A DNA stretch of 64,000 bases from Vitrella brassicaformis CCMP3155 (lineage: Eukaryota; Protista; Chromerida): NCBI GenBank assembly GCA_001179505.1, contig CDMY01000438.1, positions 1 to 64,000 of the forward strand, read 5' to 3'. Shown here piece after piece: positions 59,714 to 64,000 of this stretch; within the stretch, counting starts at the first letter, position 1, and each line of letters starts with the position of its first letter. The notes below the pieces were generated by a model. It did no database searches. It was not told the origin of the DNA and saw only the letters and a list, made by a program, of their open reading frames with translations. The translations under genes were made by a program, and so were the position numbers.

Positions 59714-61070
59714 CCACACACCACACACCACACACCACACAGACGACACCCCTGCCCACAACCCTCCATCCATCCATCCATCAGGCAAGCTCAGCGAGGC
59801 CCTGAGAGGACAGCCATACAACCTACCTCACGAGGAGATCCAGCGGAGAGTGAGGGAGGCGTGGGAGCGTGGGGCGACCGAGGTGTGTCTGCAGGGCGGC
59901 ATACACCCCGACTACACCGGCCAGACCTACCTCGACATACTGCGGGCCGTCAAGGAGGCCGCCCCCCACACACACGTCCACGCATTCAGCCCTCTAGAGG
60001 TACCTGGGTGGGTGGCTATGTCAGCATACAGTACATGGATGGATTGACACACAACACAACACGCGGCATTGTCTGTCGTCTCCGCATTGGCTGGCAGGTG
60101 CAGCAGGGCGCATCAACTCTCGGCATATCAGTGAGGGATTTCCTGACTCAGCTGAAGGAGGCCGGACTTGGGTCGCTCCCAGGCACTGCTGCAGAGATAC
60201 TCGACGACGGTGTCCGTGCAGTGCTGTGTCCCGACAAGCTGTCGACCGAGCAGTGGGTGGATGTGGTGAGGGCGGCTCATGAAGTGGGCCTCAAGACCAC
60301 CAGCACCATCATGTTTGGATCGATGGAGGGCGCACAGATGCAGGCCAGACACCTGCTGCGGATTCGCGACCTACAGGCAAGCAGGACCGACGCAGCGAAC
60401 ACACTGCAGGCATCCGCCCGAGCGTGTGTGTGTGTATGCTTCAGAGGGAGACGGGCGGCATTACAGAGTTCGTGCCTTTGCCCTTTGTGCACCAAGAAGC
60501 CCCCATCTATCTCAAGGGCCGCGCACGCAGAGGCCCCACTTTCAGAGAGGTGGTGGCCCTTCACGCCGTGGCCCGCCTGGCCCTGCACCCCTACGTGACC
60601 AACATCCAGACGTCATGGGTCAAGAACGGCCCACTGGGTGCGTGGGTGGTGCTGCAGAGCGGCGCCAACGACCTGGGGGGCACTCTGATGAACGAGAGCA
60701 TATCACGGGCAGCCGGGGCCACGCATGGACAGGTGAGTGAGTGGTCAAGGGACACGTGAGTGGGTGGATGGATGGATGGATGCAGGAGTTTGGTCCCCGT
60801 GAGATGGAGCAGTTGGTTGCATCTCTTCCCCTCGACGCCCCTCAGCAGCGGCGGACACCATGGCAGCGCACCACCCTCTACACGCCAGCATCGCAGGTCA
60901 GGCAGGACAGGAAGCACACTGACGTATGTATGCACCATGGACCGACCATCGTGTCTGTGTATACATGTGTGTGTGCGCGCCAGGAGCGAGCACTGCGTGC
61001 CCTTGATGCGGCCCCATTGGCGCCTGTGGAGAATGCGCCGGCCAAGAAATACGAGCGCACGGCGGCGTAG
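57028..61070 (+). CDS. fbiC: FO synthase (7,8-didemethyl-8-hydroxy-5-deazariboflavin synthase), CofG-CofH fusion, with a bipartite plastid-type leader
   Basis: CofG: [57 protein letters not shown]. CofH: [59 protein letters not shown]. Confidence 0.95.
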
Positions 61071-61743
61071 ATTGTGTATGGTGTGTTTGCGGCAGTTCGT
61101 CTCATGTGTATGTGGGTGATGTGTATCTAGCTGGATGGATGGATGGAAGCCGTGTGGCGTTTACGTGTATGCTGTCTGTATCTATAGGGACAATTTAAGT
61201 GAGTAGGGGGGTGGGACGGACTGTTACGGGGTCATGCAATCATTCAAACCAGTGCTGTCTGTATACATGCGCTGGATGTCTGCACACGTCTGTGCACGAG
61301 CCTTGTGTGGTGTTGGCGGCCGCGTCACGACAGGCTACTCCTCTCAGTGCCGAGACTCCTGAGAGGAATGGCCTGTCAGATCGGCCTGCAACACCACGCA
61401 AGGCATATGAGAATCGCCCAATACACTCGCTGCCTATTCTTTCTTCTCTCCGTCAACAGTCAGTCATCCGATCACTGCAGCCGATGCTGTACACGCACTG
61501 CATGTCTGTCTGTCTGTCTGTCTGTACACGAGATATGAGATATCTCCTCGCACTCCATCCACGTTCCTACCATGCCCTTAAGGACCACCACGACACGATG
61601 CTCCAGCCAACGCTGAGGCCATTGGCAGGAACAGAATGTCGTGGCCAACCCCAACGCCACATTGCAAGGCGCATGGGAGGAAAGGCGACACACTCGTTCG
61701 ATTCGTATGTCATTCTTCACCACTACACTCGGTATGCATTGCA

Positions 61744-62180
61744 TCATTCTCTCTGCCCACTGCCCCGACCCCCAAGTGTCATGACGCCAGGCAGGAATGC
61801 GTTTCTGTCATAGTCTTCCAGCAGCTTGTCGTCCTCGTAGTCGACGAGACCCTGTAGCAGGGTGGCCAGTTGGAAGGTGAAGAACCCTTCCAGCAGTGGG
61901 AAGATGGGCAGCAGGTCCGGTTGCCGACTCCACACATACATCATCACACCGGGCACTAACAGCCTGCATGACACAACAAAACAAACAACGTCCACATATA
62001 TTGGGAAAGGAGATGAGAGCATTCTTGGGTGGGTGGGTGGGTGGGTGGGTGGGTGGATTGCTCGCTCGTTTACCGACCGTATGGGTGTGTTGAAGAGGCG
62101 CTGCTTTTCGGCGCCGAGGGCCTCCACATACCGACCCAGCACCTGCACATACGCCAGACCTGCGCACACACATCCAACAC

Positions 62181-62211
<31 letters not shown>

Positions 62212-63018
62212 TGAGCCGACGTGCTCTTTGGGCGCGGCGCATGTCATTCACGCACCGAATATGCCTCCAAACGCATAGCTGAGAGAGGGCTGGACTCCGA
62301 CCAGGCCCCACTGGAGTGAGAAACCAACCACCAAGAGGAGCAGGAGGTCGCTGAGCAGCCGCGCCTTGCGCGCACTGTACACCAGCTGCTGGCGCGTCTG
62401 CTGCTCCTCTTTCTCTCTCTGCCGCCTCGCCTCGTCCGCCTGGCGCCTGGCGACCATCTCTTGCCTTTGTTGTGCATCTTGTGTCGGCCTCTCCGGGGCA
62501 TCGATGGGTATACAGCTGGCAGTCTTGAGATCGTACGCCGCCTTGTTCTTCAGAACAGATGGCGACTGAGAGATAGAGACAGACAGGGTCCATGTCAGTC
62601 ATGAGTGCACGCGAATGTGTTGGCTTGGCCAACTCCCACGTACCATGGTGAGTATGGCCTCTTCGCGCTTCTCCTGTCTTATTCTCTCGAGCTTGTCGGG
62701 TGCCAGTAAATAGAGAGGCCTCCCAAGCTCTTCACGCTGCAGATCCTCGGCACTCTTCCAGATGGGCTGACTGCCAGGCGCGCCGTACTCAGAGAAGCCG
62801 CCTCGCTCGTCGATGCCGTCAGCATCAGCAGCATCAGGGCCACCATTGTGTGTTGCATCACCGTGCAGGGCGTGCAGTGGCCTGTGTGTGCTGACGAGAG
62901 GCCGCCGGCGTGTGAGGGATCTAAATGGCCGGCGGGGCGGCACGAGCAGCGGCGGCGCATGAAAGGCCGTCAAGGGAAGGGTCGTGGGCAGCGAACCGAT
63001 GGCAAATGAGCCCGTCAT
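61744..63018 (-). CDS. CGL160/Atp1 (AtpI-like) plastid ATP synthase assembly factor homologue
   Basis: Four TM segments: SYAFGGIFG..YVQVLGRYVEALG..RLLVPGVMMYVW..LLEGFFTFQLATLLQ. Transit-like TAFHAPP..RRPFRSLTRRR N-terminus. Confidence 0.65.
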
Positions 63019-63991
63019 TTCACGTTTCGGCCTTTCATCAAGGCTTAGCTCGCAGATGTGTGCGAGCTCAAAGATCTCACCCACGAATGCGCTCAAACAC
63101 CGGGTTTCTGGATGCCGTCACCTTGCTGGCAGTGAAGCAGAGAGGATCAAGCTGCTGCAGCCCGAAGAGGGCCATGAAGAGATGATTCGCGGTCAGGTGT
63201 TTGAAGAGGGTGGCAGCGCTATTGGTTTCGGCCTTCTTGCTGGGCCGGATATCCTGCTCACGGCGGCACACGTGGCGCCGACCGCTGCCACGGTCAAGCT
63301 CGGTCAAGAGAAAGTCCGCGTCGATGGGTGCTATGTGATGCCCGAGTACATCCGCCACGGCCACCCCGACGTCGCCCTTCTCACTCTGACGACGCGAGTG
63401 GCATCCTTCGCCGGCCCGATCCCCATCGCGACTCACCTCCGACCTCGCCACCTCCTCATGTGTGACACCACTCTTCACAACCGCTACTTCGGAGGGAGCG
63501 TCGTCAAGGTGCATACGGTGACAATCGGCGGCACGACGACAGAGGGCGGCACGACGATGCCCGTGTGGCTGCAAGTGCAAGGGACTAGCCCCCAAGAGGG
63601 TGACTCGGGCAGCGACCTGGCGCTTCCGTGCGGCAAAACGGCAGCGGTCGTTCACGGACTGTCGCCACACCGTGGGCAGGGTCGCCACGCCAGTCGACCG
63701 CGCAGGGAGCATCCCTACCCGTTCTTATACGCCTGCCCGCTCGACTGCTTGAGGCAGCCAGCGTTGTTTCATCGGATCCCCAAGGATCACCTGCCTCTTC
63801 TCAGCGCACTCGAGACCCTTCCGCCCACCTTCTTCGAGAGCCGCTGCGAGAAGATGAGCATCGAACGGTGGCTGCAGATGGTGAAATACGTGCCTCCCGC
63901 GGACATAGATGTACGGCTTACTCGTACACTGCCTGAACAAGTGTGGGATTGTTCATCACAATATGACGATTTTGTTGGTGCAGACGAGTAA
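62999..63991 (+). CDS. Intronless trypsin-like (S1/PA clan) serine protease; alternative start at 63182
   Basis: Catalytic triad motifs LLTAAH, PDVALL and GDSGS in one 335-aa ORF. Confidence 0.85.
   Translation: MANEPVISRFGLSSRLSSQMCASSKISPTNALKHRVSGCRHLAGSEAERIKLLQPEEGHEEMIRGQVFEEGGSAIGFGLLAGPDILLTAAHVAPTAATVKLGQEKVRVDGCYVMPEYIRHGHPDVALLTLTTRVASFAGPIPIATHLRPRHLLMCDTTLHNRYFGGSVVKVHTVTIGGTTTEGGTTMPVWLQVQGTSPQEGDSGSDLALPCGKTAAVVHGLSPHRGQGRHASRPRREHPYPFLYACPLDCLRQPALFHRIPKDHLPLLSALETLPPTFFESRCEKMSIERWLQMVKYVPPADIDVRLTRTLPEQVWDCSSQYDDFVGADE
63047..63068. promoter_or_regulatory. Inverted pair AGCTCGCA-gatgtg-TGCGAGCT in the CGL160-like/protease divergent region
   Basis: Two exact copies in opposite orientation (63047-63054 and 63061-63068). 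Confidence 0.6.
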
Positions 63992-64000
63992 ATTGCTCTC

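Noticed and set aside
1-64000. tRNA, rRNA, or autonomous transposase/reverse transcriptase genes
   Set aside because: No cloverleaf, rRNA-like stretch, or RT/DDE/Rep-helicase motifs were recognised by eye. A tRNAscan/Infernal run would be needed to exclude small RNAs.

Overview
Eukaryotic, GC-rich, intron-rich nuclear DNA. The microsatellite-filled spliceosomal introns, bipartite plastid leaders and ankyrin family type are most consistent with the chromerid alga Vitrella brassicaformis (inference). There are four 300-N assembly gaps. About 22 genes or gene remnants are supported: exportin-5 (one full copy plus a frameshifted partial duplicate), a mosaic gene containing IPT/TIG and PurL fragments, an ankyrin-repeat protein, a CAMK-group kinase, a LOV-like PAS protein, an IQ-motif protein, a beta-propeller glycoside hydrolase-like protein, a DHHC palmitoyltransferase, a Cid1-like nucleotidyltransferase, a P-loop/REase-like pseudogene, a cyclophilin, REV7, a GAF-GAF-PAS protein, an LHC protein, a DMT transporter, FO synthase (CofG-CofH fusion), a CGL160/Atp1-like protein and a trypsin-like protease. 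Main unexpected signals: (1) the 8-mer AGCTCGCA appears almost only at gene 5' ends and in divergent spacers, making it a candidate promoter element; (2) many introns are CA-rich in the 5' half and GT-rich in the 3' half, so they could fold back and pair their splice sites; (3) a chimeric gene built from intron-retaining fragments of unrelated genes; (4) several degenerate or output-less sensor proteins; (5) a probably plastid-targeted deazaflavin (FO) synthase head-to-head with a DMT transporter. All gene models were spliced by eye and all homologies come from motif recognition, not database searches.
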